Shown here piece after piece: positions 1 to 14,600 of a stretch of 64,000 bases of DNA (position 1 is its first letter; each line of letters begins with the position of its first letter). The notes beneath the pieces were generated by a model. It worked only from the letters and a program-made list of their open reading frames with translations. It was not told the origin of the DNA and did not search any database. A program made the position numbers and the translations under genes. This stretch comes from Ruditapes philippinarum (lineage: Eukaryota). The stretch lies in the NCBI RefSeq assembly GCF_026571515.1, contig NW_026860107.1:62001-126000 (forward strand), read 5' to 3'.

Positions 1-1699
1 ATACTATTAAAAAGCAACGGAATTGGCAAAGTAAGTCTGCTATTGTGTGATATGTGTTTTATACGTGACAATAAAGCTGTTCATCAAGTGCGAATGGTTC
101 AGTTTTGAGTATCACTACACCAGACATATGTAAACTATTGTTTACACAATTTTTTATTGGCACAAATAACTAGTATATAGAAACAACATCTATTTATTGA
201 ATAAATATTTTTTTCTATTTTGACCGACCTGAAATGATCGAATCAGATGCATTTGTAAACAAATGGAATATTTCTGTGTTTGTAATAAAAACTACTTCAG
301 TATTTTTTTAACAGTAATTTAGTATTGTCTGTATTAACACTAAATTAAGACATTTAAAAAAAGATCTAAATTAAGTTTACATAGTAACACAATATGTTAT
401 AAATCAGGACTTCCATCATGTAACCTTTTTGCTTATTCTTTTTTATGGCAATACATTTGCAAGTATTTACAGATTAATATTTATATCAAGATAAAAATAC
501 ATTAAATACATTATAAACAAGAATATTATAGGTTGCCTTTAATGAACATCTTTAGATGTGTTTAAAATTTCGTCATTGTTATGTCTAAATGTTGGATTAT
601 GTTAAAACCATGTGGGCATGAACGGCAGCTTGCAAACGTATTCCGATGAACATTCAGTTTGAAAATAATTTAATTAAAAGTAGTTTTCAGTAGGACTCAA
701 TTTTCCTTGACACAATATTCAAAATGTTTCTCTTAAACATCATGGAATGAGATTAAACTTGCAGTTGTTGATATTTATTCACCAGAAGAATTATCAATCA
801 TTTTTGAGATTGTTAAATGTTCATAAATCTTTACACTGTGACATTTCTTCAAACCTAATGTCATTCAATTACATTCTATTTTTATTCCTTAATTTTGTTT
901 GTACGTTGTTGTCAAGTGAAAAAAAAATGTAGATAAAAACAAATTTTAATCATGTTGAGTTTGTGGTCGTCATACGCTTTACTTCAATGTTAAAAACTTA
1001 GTTATTCATATCTATGGTGTAACATATAAATTGTGTATCAAAGTTTATGTATTAATCAAAAATTTAAAAATTGCAATATGGCCATATGCATTTTTAATTA
1101 AGAAGTTCATGCTCTTGTCTAGTAAATGTAAAAGTTGATCGAAATCAAACTTTGAATGTTCTTATATTCAAATGACAAGAGCAAGGGCATCCGTTTGCAA
1201 GTAGAGACGATTCATTATTCTAAAACTTGATGTGTTGCAGTATACAAATTAAAACATCATGTGTAAGAAGCATTGCATCAACGCACTATATTGTGTCTCC
1301 TTTAAAGCAATCGTTGTATCGCTGGCAATATCAAAGCTACTAAATCACACTTTGATATATGAGGGAAATGAAAATCTTTCTGCAATGTTTTATATATGCA
1401 AATAGAATTTAATTATTGAACGTTCATTTATTAAAGACGTGAGAAGATATCCTGGTGTAGATGTAAGTTAATATGATAAAAATATTATTAACCTTGTTTA
1501 AAAATCAAAGCACAGAAGGCGCTAAATTTGTTTGGGTCTCAGAATGTCAGAAAGGTGAAGGTTGTGAGATTATAAACCAATTTGTTTTTGTAAAGTGCCA
1601 CCAATGCTTTCCAGCGTTTTATATTGTAGTAAATTGGCTATAAGAGTAATTGCAACACTGATATTCAATTCAATGTTTATTGACTTAAACAATTTGAAG

Positions 1700-1786
1700 A
1701 AAAAAAATGAGTTGCCTTAACTGGGATTTGAACTCCAGACCTCTCGCTTCCTAAGCGAGCGCGCAAACCCCTCGGCCACGGTGAAG
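1700..1786 (-). ncRNA. tRNA-like Pol III cassette (pseudo-tRNA), not a canonical tRNA
   Basis: The minus strand reads A box TGGCCGAGGGG, a perfect 5 bp stem CTCGC-TTAGGAA-GCGAG, B box GAGTTCAAATCC, then oligo-T about 15 nt later. The acceptor stem does not pair. The cassette and its flank are homologous to 34087-34210. Confidence 0.55.
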
Positions 1787-4781
1787 TTATATGTTAACGG
1801 CCTGAAGAAAACCATATTGTTCTAAATTATTGTTTGTAACGACGCTTACTGTTGTTTAACACAGATGTAAAAAATCATGGAGTTTACTATAAGCATGTAT
1901 ATCTATAAAGAATAAAACAATATTAGAAATCTTCGATCATTCGGGAACTATTTTGCTTAAAAATGAATGCGCCTGTCATTTGACCATCTTTACGCAGTGA
2001 TCTCCCCTGAATTTTTCGGCGTTATTGCACATATAAAGGGATATAACCGCTTCAAAAAAGCGGACTACTTTCGGCATTTGCAATTAACAGCATCAGGGTC
2101 TGAAATTTCGCTACCATTATTTGTTTGGTCTGACGACCCAAACAAATAAAAAACAATACATTTTTGGTTAATTTTTAGTATTAGAAAGAAACTGTCATAA
2201 GACAATTGGATAATTTGTTCATATCCAAATCTATCATTTCCGTTGATGGTAGGCTTTTGTCACAATTATACAAACACAAACTCCTGAATTATCAATTGCA
2301 TGCAAAAATTACAATGCACAAATTGAAACTGAAAATGCAACATTAGATGATAGTAAAATAGTTAAACACAATATTTACAGGTTGAACACAGCTGGTTGAT
2401 ACAACATTGTAAGATGCATGAACAAATGACGTTATTTTAAAGTGTACAATGAAAACATTGTCAAATTGTTATGAATACATACACCTGTCAGCACGGTGTC
2501 ATTCATAATTGTTAAAAGTACACGAAAAAAAAGAGAAACGAAATTGCGTGTCCAATTTTTTTTGCTTCCGTTGCCTTAAATGTATTGTCCCATAATTGTT
2601 AGAAGGCGATTTCCGCTCAATTGAGTTTAGTTTCCGTTATGTCCGATTACTAACGAAATATAAAGAGAAAGGACACACAACATAAATATATGTAGATTGG
2701 GCCTAATTACTTTTTAAAAGCACAAATGGAAATGGACAAAGCAAATTATTTTCATTGTTGCTTTAATAAATTATATTTAATGGATATTAAGGCACAATGA
2801 AACTTTGTGATTAAAGGCAAAATTCACATACAACTTTCTGATTTGTTAATTTAAAAGACCTTAAATTCAAAATTCACATATGCAGTTAAAAATATTGCGA
2901 TTTATTTCTGCGACACAAATATAAGATGACGATTCAAAATTGAAATATCTATATCATTGTACAGAAGTGTGCAGCAAAGTTCTGTTTTCAACGGAATTGT
3001 TTTAATAGCTTTTATTCTCATTTTTATCAACCTTTGACTTCTACAATTTTATCTCATTCCCTGACAAGTCTCGAATCAAGATTTGATATTTATTATTTTA
3101 TTTCGTTTGCAATTACGAACAAGTTAGATAGCGAATAGTAAAGCACCAACTTAAAGAAGTGACGTCATAATTTATTTCGCAAATTACATCATTGATGTCC
3201 ACGTCAGATTATAGGTGAATTAAAGTGAATGTTGGATATTTGTTTCGTCTACTCAGTGGTAATTTTAATGGCAAATCATAAAATGAAATTGTAATTCTTG
3301 CATCTTTTTCTTTTGGCAGATAAAACAAGTTAAAATTTTCTATTTAGTTATTTATCAATAGTTTCATGTTTTCAATTATTAAAGTGTTAAGTTCACCGAA
3401 CATATAATTTTTATAAACATCTTGAGCATGCTTTTATTTGTTAATTTCTACGTTTATGTATTCCTGTTTGTGCATTTTGTATGTTAGAATGGTGGATAAG
3501 ATATTTAATTCTTTATGCCCCTGATATATATTATCAATGTTACAGCTTTCCCTCTGCATTTACTGTCTTCAAAAAATAGAAGTAAGGCGAAATTTGATTT
3601 ATAGGCACTTAGTTGGCTTATATTGAAATGATAACTTAATGGCAGTTAAATACTCATGTTACATATCGAACATATTGAAAAAAATGATGTTAGCTATTTG
3701 TAAATTTGAACAAATATGTGTTTTTAGTATGTTTTAGATGTTATAAGCATTATTTCTATTTCCCCTTTGTCTTGTCTCACTATGCATTAAATGTTTTGGT
3801 GAAAGATTACATGCCCAATTTTGAAAGGGTAAACTGTATAACAAAACTCTTGATCGAAAGAATACTGCGTTATTTATTTCAAGCAATATTTTACTTTTAA
3901 ATGCTAAGGCGGTTATGCGCTTTACAGTACATGAAATGAGGATATTTTAACGTTAAATTAAGTAGAACAAGTTTATTTCTAAGATCGCTGTGGTCTTTTT
4001 ATCAATTGCCGGCTGTTGATTTGTGTAATATTTGTAAAAATAAAAAATATCATATAACAAAACAATTATTTGAAACAGAACGACAAGTGTTCAATCATAA
4101 AGCTCTTTATGGTGTTGTATTACATAACCTTCGTTTGACATAAGACCCGTTATTCGTTATACAAGTATTCCTATTTTATAAAGCAATGGTAGTTAGTTTT
4201 TTAGCTTTGACAATAGAAGACATCTATTTATCAAAACAATGTTATACCCGTTTTCTCACATTTACAATTTGGGGAACGTTTTTAATAAAATGCTACTAGT
4301 AGTTAACAAAATAGGGAAATTCTCACAATCAGTCATTGATTTCAAACTTTGTAAATTCTGTAGGTTCTAGTGTGATCAATGCGAATGTTACATTTTGTAT
4401 GATATCAAGTTCAAATGTTGTGTTGTCAACGTTTATTTTTTTAATGTTTTTTTCATACTTTTTTCATCGACAACAAAAATATTGTAAATGAATTTAGAAC
4501 ATAATATTGATGTCTGATATGTTTCTTGTTACATACTGTATATAGCACACCAACCTTTATATTACATACTAAATATAATATTTTTTTCTGTCATCTTTAG
4601 TAAGTCCTATTCATACATACATGCCATGTTGCATGTTGTTGTTCTTACATATACATAAAGGTGGTACAAGTCAGAGCTCTTGTTGCTTTCCTGATTGTCG
4701 TATGTGAGTAATGTGTGAACAATTTTGCCATGTCGTTTCTCAGAAATCTTAAGTGTCTGCTTGCTATTGAAAAAAGGCAGT

Positions 4782-4825
4782 GATAGTTCCTTCTGTTGAT
4801 ACATGTATTAACAGAAGGAACTATC
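4782..4825. repeat. 44 bp near-perfect palindrome
   Basis: GATAGTTCCTTCTGTT-GATACATGTATT-AACAGAAGGAACTATC; one mismatched pair. Confidence 0.9.
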
Positions 4826-6674
4826 CAGACATACTTACAACTGTACTTCATACTGTAAGTTCTTTATCAGTGTCCAAAAATGTTAAAAGTACTTTAATGA
4901 TATTGAAAGCATTTCCCTTGTCGATTTGATAAATGACTTGTTAGTTGTAGGTGATGTGTCACAATATAGGAAATTCTCATGTGTAAGAAATGTCACAATA
5001 AATCAGTATAACTAGAAATGTAAACAATACGATCTATGAATAAATCATGACATAAAACTCAATTAAGCAAGTAGGATAGTTTTTATTCCAACAGAACGTG
5101 ACAGGACAAGGCTATTTCTCTTTTCGTCAAATTGTACTATATAAAGTACATCGTATATTCAAGAACATAAGTAAGGGTTCAACAAAATAGAGAAAATAAG
5201 AATCCCTAAAGAACATTTATGTTTCAAAGGACAAAATGCGATTAGCTTTGGCAAATAGTAAAAACATCAATATATTTCATCTTAATTGAAAATAGAGATT
5301 TAATGCAAATGGTTTTATAATGAAAATCCTGTCATTTAGTTATTCAGAAAGTTAGGTATAGATGTGCTGTTAATGATTGCTTAATCATGGCCGCTTTAAA
5401 GTAATTCGTTTTGTTTCAATGTAAACAAATTTTATGTATTTTTGACGTATACAACAAACATGCAGTCAAATACAAAGATTTTAATAAGAAAAATAACTTC
5501 ATTTCTGAATGTGTTGTGGCTTTTGTATCTTTTTTTATATTAATATGTAGATCTGCTGCATAAATTTTAAATTTAAATTTATGCTGCATTAAATAGAATT
5601 TTATAAACAAGCACTTAAATAAGATTCATACTCACTGAATGTCTGAAAAGTAATATAAACATAATGACGGTTGTTTTGGGTAAGGTATCTTTTAGGGAAT
5701 GGGGGTCTTTTATGTATTTGTTGGGGTGTTAATGTTGTTTATGTTTTTGAGTATGCGCTTTATATATTTCTTATCTCTACTGTTTTCCAGACTTTATTGT
5801 TTGTTTATATATTGTTATACATGTATTTGAACTACATGCTATATGACCTAAATTACATTTCATTTTCAGGGACTGACCTTTACTTAGACATGCCATTAAT
5901 GCATTTAAGTTAGATCAAATTATGGACAATACACTAAGCTGTTTCATCGTATGCCTATTTTATTTCAAAACTTTCAAATGACAGTAATTTTATTGTTTCT
6001 TTATCTTAAGCTTTGTATGTATGGATACATCGTGTTTAGTATTTCCTATATATATTAAGCTTAACATTATTTTAATGGCCTATAAGTTGAAAGCTCATTT
6101 AAAACAACAGATAGAGACAAACCAATGAAGAGAGAATACAACCCGTTCTTGTGTCTCGTGTTTGTCTCTGATACAATATTTATGACTGATTTACATGTAA
6201 CAGTTCCAACGTGGTGTGTTATGTAATACTTCATTATTTGAATAAAATAAACAAGAAGAAGAATTTTAAGAATGTTAAAAACAAAATATAAAACAATGCC
6301 AATATAATCATGTGTTTGCAACATGTTAATGTGCAATAATAAATACCAGGATGTAAATTCAAACACTAACTGGTTATTTAGAAATTATGCCGAGTGTATG
6401 TATGTTGTTGTTTTTATTATTTTGCCGGCGGTAAAATGTAGTAATGCAAACGTCGCATTAAATAAACCTTGCAAAGGAAATAAGGGATCTCCAAGGGTTT
6501 TAAAATTATGGATGTAATCAATTTCATTAAGCAAGTATTAGATTTGATCAATATCAAAGAACACTTTAGAATTACAAAAGACAAAAGCAATGAAAAAACA
6601 AATATGATTATAACAAAAGTAACAATCAGGAGGGTTAAAAGCTTGGTTAATATATCGGTCTAAAAGATCTTTCC

Positions 6675-8694
6675 CAAGGGACAGGACGTGAAGTGGTTGC
6701 ACACTTGGTTCAAGCGAGCGAATCGGTTGCAAACTTGACAAAATGTCGAACACGGCGTGATTATTTGAAACGGGCGAACGAATTTTTGCCAGGCAAGTGG
6801 TTTCTTTGTTATTTTGAAGTTCATTAGTATGTCTATTCCATAATGAAATATATATGCCACACTCGGTTTAAGGTTTCAGCATCCTAGATTCTGTTTTGAC
6901 GAAGTTATTGAAGATATAAACTGATCATGTAGATATTTTGAAATTTGACATGTGACTGTTCTGGTCGGTTTTCTCCTAATTTATTCGAATTTGTAAGTTT
7001 TGAACTGCATTTAACAATAACAAAATATGTTTCTGTCAATGCTGTACAAATGGTTTAGTTCGCAAGTCTGAAGATAACGTTCAATACACAAAAATATCTT
7101 GTTCAAGCACATTTTGGTTGCAGACTTATACTTCAAACATTTTTGGTTGCAAACTTTTGTGTCAATAATGTGGCATGCATATTTTAAGCGAGGAATTACT
7201 AATATTTTTTTTAAACAATTAGCAATATTAAGGCAATTATACCCGTTCATCTAATAAGAAATATATTAACAAATTGTGCATGCGTGCAGATATATCCTAA
7301 CACAGGGTCTTTCAAATAGATATATAACACAATATGCCAAATTGAAGTTCAGTTGTGTTTATCTTCATCATTTTTTTTCTCCTCGATATACTTCTTTTCT
7401 TTTTACAAAGTCTTAGGACTTTTTTTATATCTTGGCTTGACTAACTGTAAAGGAAAAGAAGAAGAAAATAGCAACAAACAGCTTTCATTATTGTTCTTTT
7501 TTGAGATTTGAAATAAATTTGATTATATATTAGATAAACACTATATTAACATTGACACAAGGGCATTATTCACATGTTTCTTTAAATTGTTCCTTATTAT
7601 TGACCAATCGAAACATCTTCCAAATTCCCTAACTCGAATAATGACTTTAAGTAGTTTTGTCACGTATCAGTCAATGTAAATAACCAATCGTATATCATTT
7701 ATATTATGATATAATAATCAAAATCATCTTTAGAATACCAATTGACATATGATGTACATCAAATCTGAAAAATTGTAAACAAACATGTCATTTTAACTTT
7801 TGGTTTGTAAAAATATTAAAGTACATTTACATAATTTATGTATAAAGCAACTGCTGATCATACGGAACAAACAAATTAACATTTCTTGTGGTTTTGATAA
7901 ACTTTAGATATTTTGCCGAGTAACATGGTATGTGTGCACATGTCCTTATGTTTATGATGAAAATAATTCACTTACATACAATAGTACTTTCACATTCTAT
8001 ATGCTATTATTCTGTATGCAGGCTTTTACTGGTGATTATAGTATTGAACCGAGAACCATGTAATTTGAAAACTGTTGTAAAAGAAGAAAGTATAAATAAC
8101 ATTTATAACAAAAACAAGTAACAAAACATAAATGTCAATAATTGCCATTGAAAATAGGTTTCTACACTCTTTTTGCAAAATTTTACTATGGATTTCAATA
8201 GAATAAGAATAAGTTTGCAACCAAAAATGCTTGAAGTATACGTTTGCAACCAAAATGTGCTTGAACAAGATATTTTTGTGTATTGAACGTTATCTTCGGA
8301 CTTGCGAACTAAACCATTTGTACAGCATTGACAGAAACACATTTTGTTATTGTTAAAAGCAGTTCAAGACTTACAAATTCGAATAAATTAGGTGAAAAAC
8401 CGACCAGAACAGTCATATGTCAAATTTCAAAATATCTTCATTATCAGTTTATATCTTCAATAACTTCGTCAAAACAGAATCTAGGATGCTGAAACCTTAA
8501 ACCGAGTGTGGCATATATATTTCATTATGGAATAGACATACTAATGAATTTCAAAATAACAAAGAAACCCACTTGCCTGGCAAAAATTCGTTCGCCCGTT
8601 TCAAAAAATCACGCCGTGTTCGACATTTTGTCAAGTTTGCAACCGATTCGCTCGCTTGAACCAAGTGTGCAACCACTTCACGTCCTGCCCCTTG
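6675..8694. mobile_element. Non-autonomous fold-back DNA transposon, ~480 bp TIRs, 5 bp TSD TTTCC
   Basis: 6675-7156 is the reverse complement of 8211-8694 with few mismatches; termini are CAAGGG...CCCTTG. TTTCC lies at 6670-6674 and 8695-8699. The ~1.05 kb AT-rich middle is non-coding. The mirrored ORFs 6660-6860(-) and 8508-8702(+) are a by-product of the TIRs. Confidence 0.9.
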
Positions 8695-11600
8695 TTTCCT
8701 GAAGCCCAATATTCGCATAGCAATTTGTCTGACTATAATTTGATTGTTTCAGATGAGGTTGTTTGTCTGACAAAAAGCCATGTAAAACATATGATTCTTC
8801 ATTTTTTAATGCGGGATTGACAAGCCAATCATCATGTAAAGTTTAAGGTTGGCTCGCTTTTATATGTTTTATTTTATTGCAAGATCAGCCCTTGTATTTA
8901 ATTTATTTATTGTTTTTTATGTTTAGTTTAATACACTTGAAAAAAGTTCTTTTTTTTTTAAATATTCATATTGCGTTGAAGATGTAACCGCCATCCTGAC
9001 ACTTTGCTCACTTCCATAACAAGCGCATTATTGTCCCTAATAAAGGGGATGGGTGTGTTAAGAATAACATTTATCTATACTTATATTTTAATGTACTTTA
9101 TCGTCTTAATATAATGAAAAGTCACACTTTACATTCATAATTACGTTATTCTAGTGTCAGAATGTTACTTTATGGAAAAACAGATGCTATTTTATATTGG
9201 TTTTTGCTTACAAAATGCAAAGTTCAAAACTACATAAATATAATGCTATACATGTTTTGAAAATAGTCAGCACATATGGACGATGAAAAATTTCTGCATA
9301 AAAAAAAAAACAAAATAATTTATATATTAATTATTTAAGTTACGACAATCGAAATAATATTACATTGACCACAATTTTCGACGAAACGGAAAAAATCATA
9401 TAATTAAGCAAATTATACCACACTTTGTTGAAATTGAAATACTGACATGTTGCTTAAAAATAGGATATAATAATTTGTTATCTATATTATTTCATTACTA
9501 TCATGAAATGATAATCCAATGATGGAACTGCAGTTATGATTCAGTATAAATTTTACCATTTGCAATCTACCACAACTTTAAAAAAGGCATTTGACCAAGG
9601 CATGTTTATGCAAATGTTTCCTTCAGTGTAACTTAACATATTGCAATTAATCATACCGAAGAACAAAATATGCGGCAATAATAAAAATAATTAATTAATT
9701 AACTTTTCAATGACTTTTCGTAGCACTTAACACTAACTGTTAAAATGAGCAATAGAGTAAAACCAACATACAAGAAATTTGCAGTGATATATAAACAATT
9801 TACTATTTCCAGCTAGAAAGTTACTGAATATGAACAATTACTACTTGAATTGTTCTTGATTTCGTATATCAGTTAAAATATCATGATGACATTTAATGCT
9901 TATTAAATAAGCACTTTCTCAAATATTTATTGCAAAACTTTTTTCGTAAGCAGTTTATTCTAATGTTCATCCTTTGCGTTCCATAATGTTCTTATCTTTT
10001 TGAGATAGCAAAATATGAATCGGTGACTGGTCTTTGTGTCATTCTTCACTGTCTTTGCCCTTAACAAAAATATGTTCTGAATACTAGTAATTCATGAAAC
10101 ACAAAAATTGTGTATTTATTTAATGTTCATCCCTTGTTTTAAATTCTACAACTTATTGTTTTGGAAATACAGCAACCAGTTTTTCTAACGATTATTACAT
10201 TTCCGTGTGTTATGTTCTTATGGAAAATAGAGGAAATATCACATATTGTGCCCTTTTATCAAGTTTTATTGAAGAACATGATCTTGTTCAGATTGGCTAG
10301 ATTATATGACAGAGGAACTAAGTGACCTTTCAAACTAATGGCATCAGAGACAATCCTGATGTCTTATCAATAATTCCGCGCATTGTTTTATCTTTTATTC
10401 CATTATCCAAGTGATCAGGAAGTACTCAAAACTAAATGACAAATGCACAAACCTACGAACACTCAACTGTTTAGCATCTAAATTAAAAACAAGGCATTAA
10501 GGATTGGCCGGCGTTAAAGACAAGAATCTAAGACATTTATGACATCTCATACTAACTTAACAAAACCAACAACAACGTTACAAAAATACAAATGATTGTA
10601 ACACGTCGATTGGTGATAATGAATGTAACATTTTTTTCTCACATTTATGTGTAAATGCCTAAAACCTTTGCATTTGGTTGATATTGAATAGGTGGTAGCA
10701 GGTAAATTATTATGTAGCTTTTTTTATCTGTCTGGTTTCTAATGTGTTATCATGTCTAGACACTGTTGAGATTTATGTTTATAAGTAAATGATGATTTAT
10801 TTTATACCATCACCTGAAAATCCTGAACAATGAATATTTTAGAGAATACAGCAAAATTATTTGTATGTCTAATATAAGAAAATAAGTCGATTAATAAATT
10901 TAAAAGTAATTCAAATTGCAAAACCTAAAACCTTACGAGCGTACATCCTAAGACACGATGAAAATATAGCAAATAAAAACAACATGCTTAAGCTAGACAT
11001 CTATATTCTCATTTTACATTTAAGTTTAAAGAAAACAGAATGACTTTCTTAAACGTTGTAAATCATCTTGCTTGCAACAGATTTGTTAATGCAGCGTTTC
11101 ATCATTACAATCGGAGGCTTGTAACCTTCACATCTGCGGATGATTCTAAATTCAAAATTTCCCAATTTCATGTTTAAATACTGCTTAAGCCGGTGCTAGG
11201 GGGCGTGGACAGCAGCATGCATTTTCCAGTGCTGTCCATGAACAGGATTAATCAAACCGAGCCTGCAACATTTTCAATTTTGCCGTTTTGGACTTCCTTA
11301 AGGGGTACTATTTCTCTGGTTAATTTCTTCTTCAGTTAACAATGATTCATATTTGAATAAGAGTCTTGATATTTATGTTATAATGATTCATTTTTCCTTG
11401 ATAAAGTGGATTGAAATTATTTGCTATATTAATCTTTTTATGCATTGAATAAATCCTGCTGGTACTTGACATTAAATTTGTAAATTCACATTGTTTTCAA
11501 GTAATTTAAATTTGAGTTTATGGACTGATATTTACATTCTCCGTACTCATGCAAAGCAAAGTTGTTATTGAAACTCACTATGTGTCAGGACATATTGCAG

Positions 11601-14600
11601 TAAATAGTTGGCCAGAATTCGTCCGAAAACAGGACAAATGCACATTTTTCAAATATACTTCTGTACAATTGAAAAGGTATGATGAACGACTTTGTTCAAT
11701 TTCTTTTTCAAACAGAAACTGAGTTAACTTTTTCAATTTTTCCTAAAATGACTGACAAAATTAAAAAAAAAACTCGCTTTAAATCTCATGCATCAAATCA
11801 CTTGTATAACCTTGTGATTCGGTGAATTGTTTTACTCAACCCGTTTTATACGAAGGCAATATGTAGAATTTGAGATATATGTATGAAGTTTTATAGTATC
11901 TCAATTGCGGTTTTGGCATGCAAAATATTTATTCATAACATTGGATTAAATATAAAGATAGCTTGCTTTAGCACTCCTATAAACATTAATTGTGATGAGC
12001 GGACCATGTTAACACTACTATCGTAAATGCGAAAAACCTAGTATTTGACAAAATATTTCTTGTTCAAAAATGAAAAATGTCTGTGTCATGGCAATAGATA
12101 ATCTAGTTTATATTTATTGTTTTAAAAAAGAAATGAGAAAACATAGTATAGCAAATCGGAATCAAGTTGGCCCTTGTATCCTTTCTCGAATATATATAAT
12201 GTTTCACTTAGGCACTAATAATTTCATGCATATAGTCAGTAACGATCAATTTCTTCATACGAACATCAAAATTATTTCTGTAACTGTTTGATTTTAATGT
12301 CCTTTCTGTCATGAATTATGATCCTATTTGCAAGATTTATATTTTGTAGAGCAACACGAGCATTTGAAAGCCTTTTATAACATTTGCCAATTGCAACGAG
12401 TCCGAAGTTTGCTAAGTTTGTAATATCATTTTTTAAAGCTATAAATCTAATTTAAAATGTTATAGGAAATCATGAAAAACTCACAAATTCCGAGGAACTT
12501 CTGTGAAAGATTTAATGTTGTTTCCTACACACTTTTAATCCTGTAAATCAAACGCAGGGTTTTGAGGCAGGGGTTTAAATTAATTGTATTCACATTTTAG
12601 ACAGATGGATGGGTGGATATTGATGGACGAACAACACAGCAAACAATAATAACTTAATGTACCCTTCTAAAGGTATATCTGATTCATATTTTATTCTTGC
12701 AACTTGATATTATAAACTAAAACAGAAGAGTGTGTAGATGTGTAGCTATCCTACCTAGTACGTAAAAACGTATCACTGTGAGTAGTCATTCAAGACGAGA
12801 ATAAAGATCAACAGGTTCGCAGGACGCAGCCCCCGACACACCAAAGCCATCACAGCAGGGCACCCAGATGGCAAATTGTAAGAATATATTATCGTGAACA
12901 TCTTTTTCTTTTCTGCTTTGTTAAATTTAGGCTCATGATTGATCTTATATGTTCAAAATTTGCAGATACTCATTTTCTTATGACAGAGTACAAACTAAAA
13001 CATACATTTTAAGAGAGATATTGTACATTTATATAAAACATCACCTGACCCCCAATGCAGTATATCTATGATTTATGAAAATTAATTAAAAAGCTATAAA
13101 TCACTGCATTGTATACCATCGTGTGTGTACTAAAAAGAAACAAAATTCTTTTTGTACATCAGGCATTATACGCATATCAGTTTATATTCTGATAGATATG
13201 TAAAAGCAATGTATGTAGGTCAGTTGCACTTTCACAAAACTCAAATATTAAAGTGTTAAGCATAATGTTTGGATAGGAGGGGAGGACTGACTGTATAGAA
13301 CAAAAATCTATCTAGATAGCAGTCTCTGGCAATGAATCCTGAAAAATAACAATCTTGGTACACTTCATATACAATTTGCTTTACAGATATACTACATGAG
13401 TTTGTGTCATTCAGGTAGGTATATGATATGTTGGAATATAATGTTACACGAGTAATTTCTAATCTAACTTCAGAGTAAAGTCCAGATAAAGTAAAATGAG
13501 ACATTAATAGCAATCTTTTCATAATTTCAAAATGCATCCAAATAAAACAGTGCATTATGAATAAAAGAATTATAATGAAAATGTATGTGTTAAGAGTAGA
13601 ATACATAAAAGATAGAAATTACATGCTGAAAGTTATTTAGAATGCACAGATATGTTAGCTTTAATTCGTTAATGCAGCTTGTTTGTTGTATTATTAAACA
13701 AAAACCAGTCAGCGTGTTTCCTTTGAAATAATGTCAAATACAATGTACTGTTGTGTGCAAAGCATGTTCTTTGATTAATTTTATGCTGTTTGACTCGTTC
13801 ATATCATCTTTTAAAATCAGATGATTGAAATTACTTATATGAACTGTTTGTATCAAGACCTCTCGATGTAGAAGATCCGTACGTTTGATATCATATCGAT
13901 TTGCCATATGCACATCTATAATGCCATGGCAAATGCAAATTCATATGATTTTTCTACAAACAAATATTAAGAAAGAACACTTGAGAACCTTCTTTTCAAT
14001 AAGATCTTTTCGTAACCGCGTAACGGTTATTGGTATAAAAAAACAGAACCGAAATCATTTGATGAAATCTTATGGAATTGTTATGTGCGTTCATTCCCTA
14101 ACATAATGTTCCCACAGTTTTAAAGATTTATTTCCGCTCAATTTTGTCTTGTTTCCGAGGTTTGCGATTGCTAACGAAAAAGTAAATAAAGAGCATACGT
14201 CACAATTAAATTGCGACAAATTATCATTTTACTACACGAATGAAAAGGAAATGGCAAATTGTCCAAATGAAAAGGAAATAGCAATTTGTTCCTTTAAAAG
14301 AAACGTGTTTTATTTAGACAAAATAAAAGTGTGCAAGGCAAAGACTATTTTCATTTCTATCTATTGATTGTTTCATTGATCTGATATTTTCTTACATCTT
14401 AAGTTTTTTTTTGTTTTTTGTTTGTTTTTTTTTATAATTTTCAGCTGGTTCTTTCTTACATTGAATAAAATGAGTAAAGAAATTAAGTTTATTGAAATTT
14501 AAATAATAAATAATAAATAAATAATAATAAATATAAATTCTTTATCAAAATTATTATATATAAATTGCATAAATTATATATTGTAGCACGATAATTTTTC

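Noticed and set aside
1-36. Possible exon end with donor AAA|GTAAGT at position 31
   Set aside because: Too little sequence, and no downstream exon could be linked.
6067-6366. Hydrophobic 99 aa ORF, possible membrane-protein remnant
   Set aside because: The composition is explained by AT-rich codons; no family motif was recognised.
6538-8702. Mirror-image ORFs (MAYIFHYG...) on opposite strands
   Set aside because: Artefact of the long TIRs; no recognisable domain.
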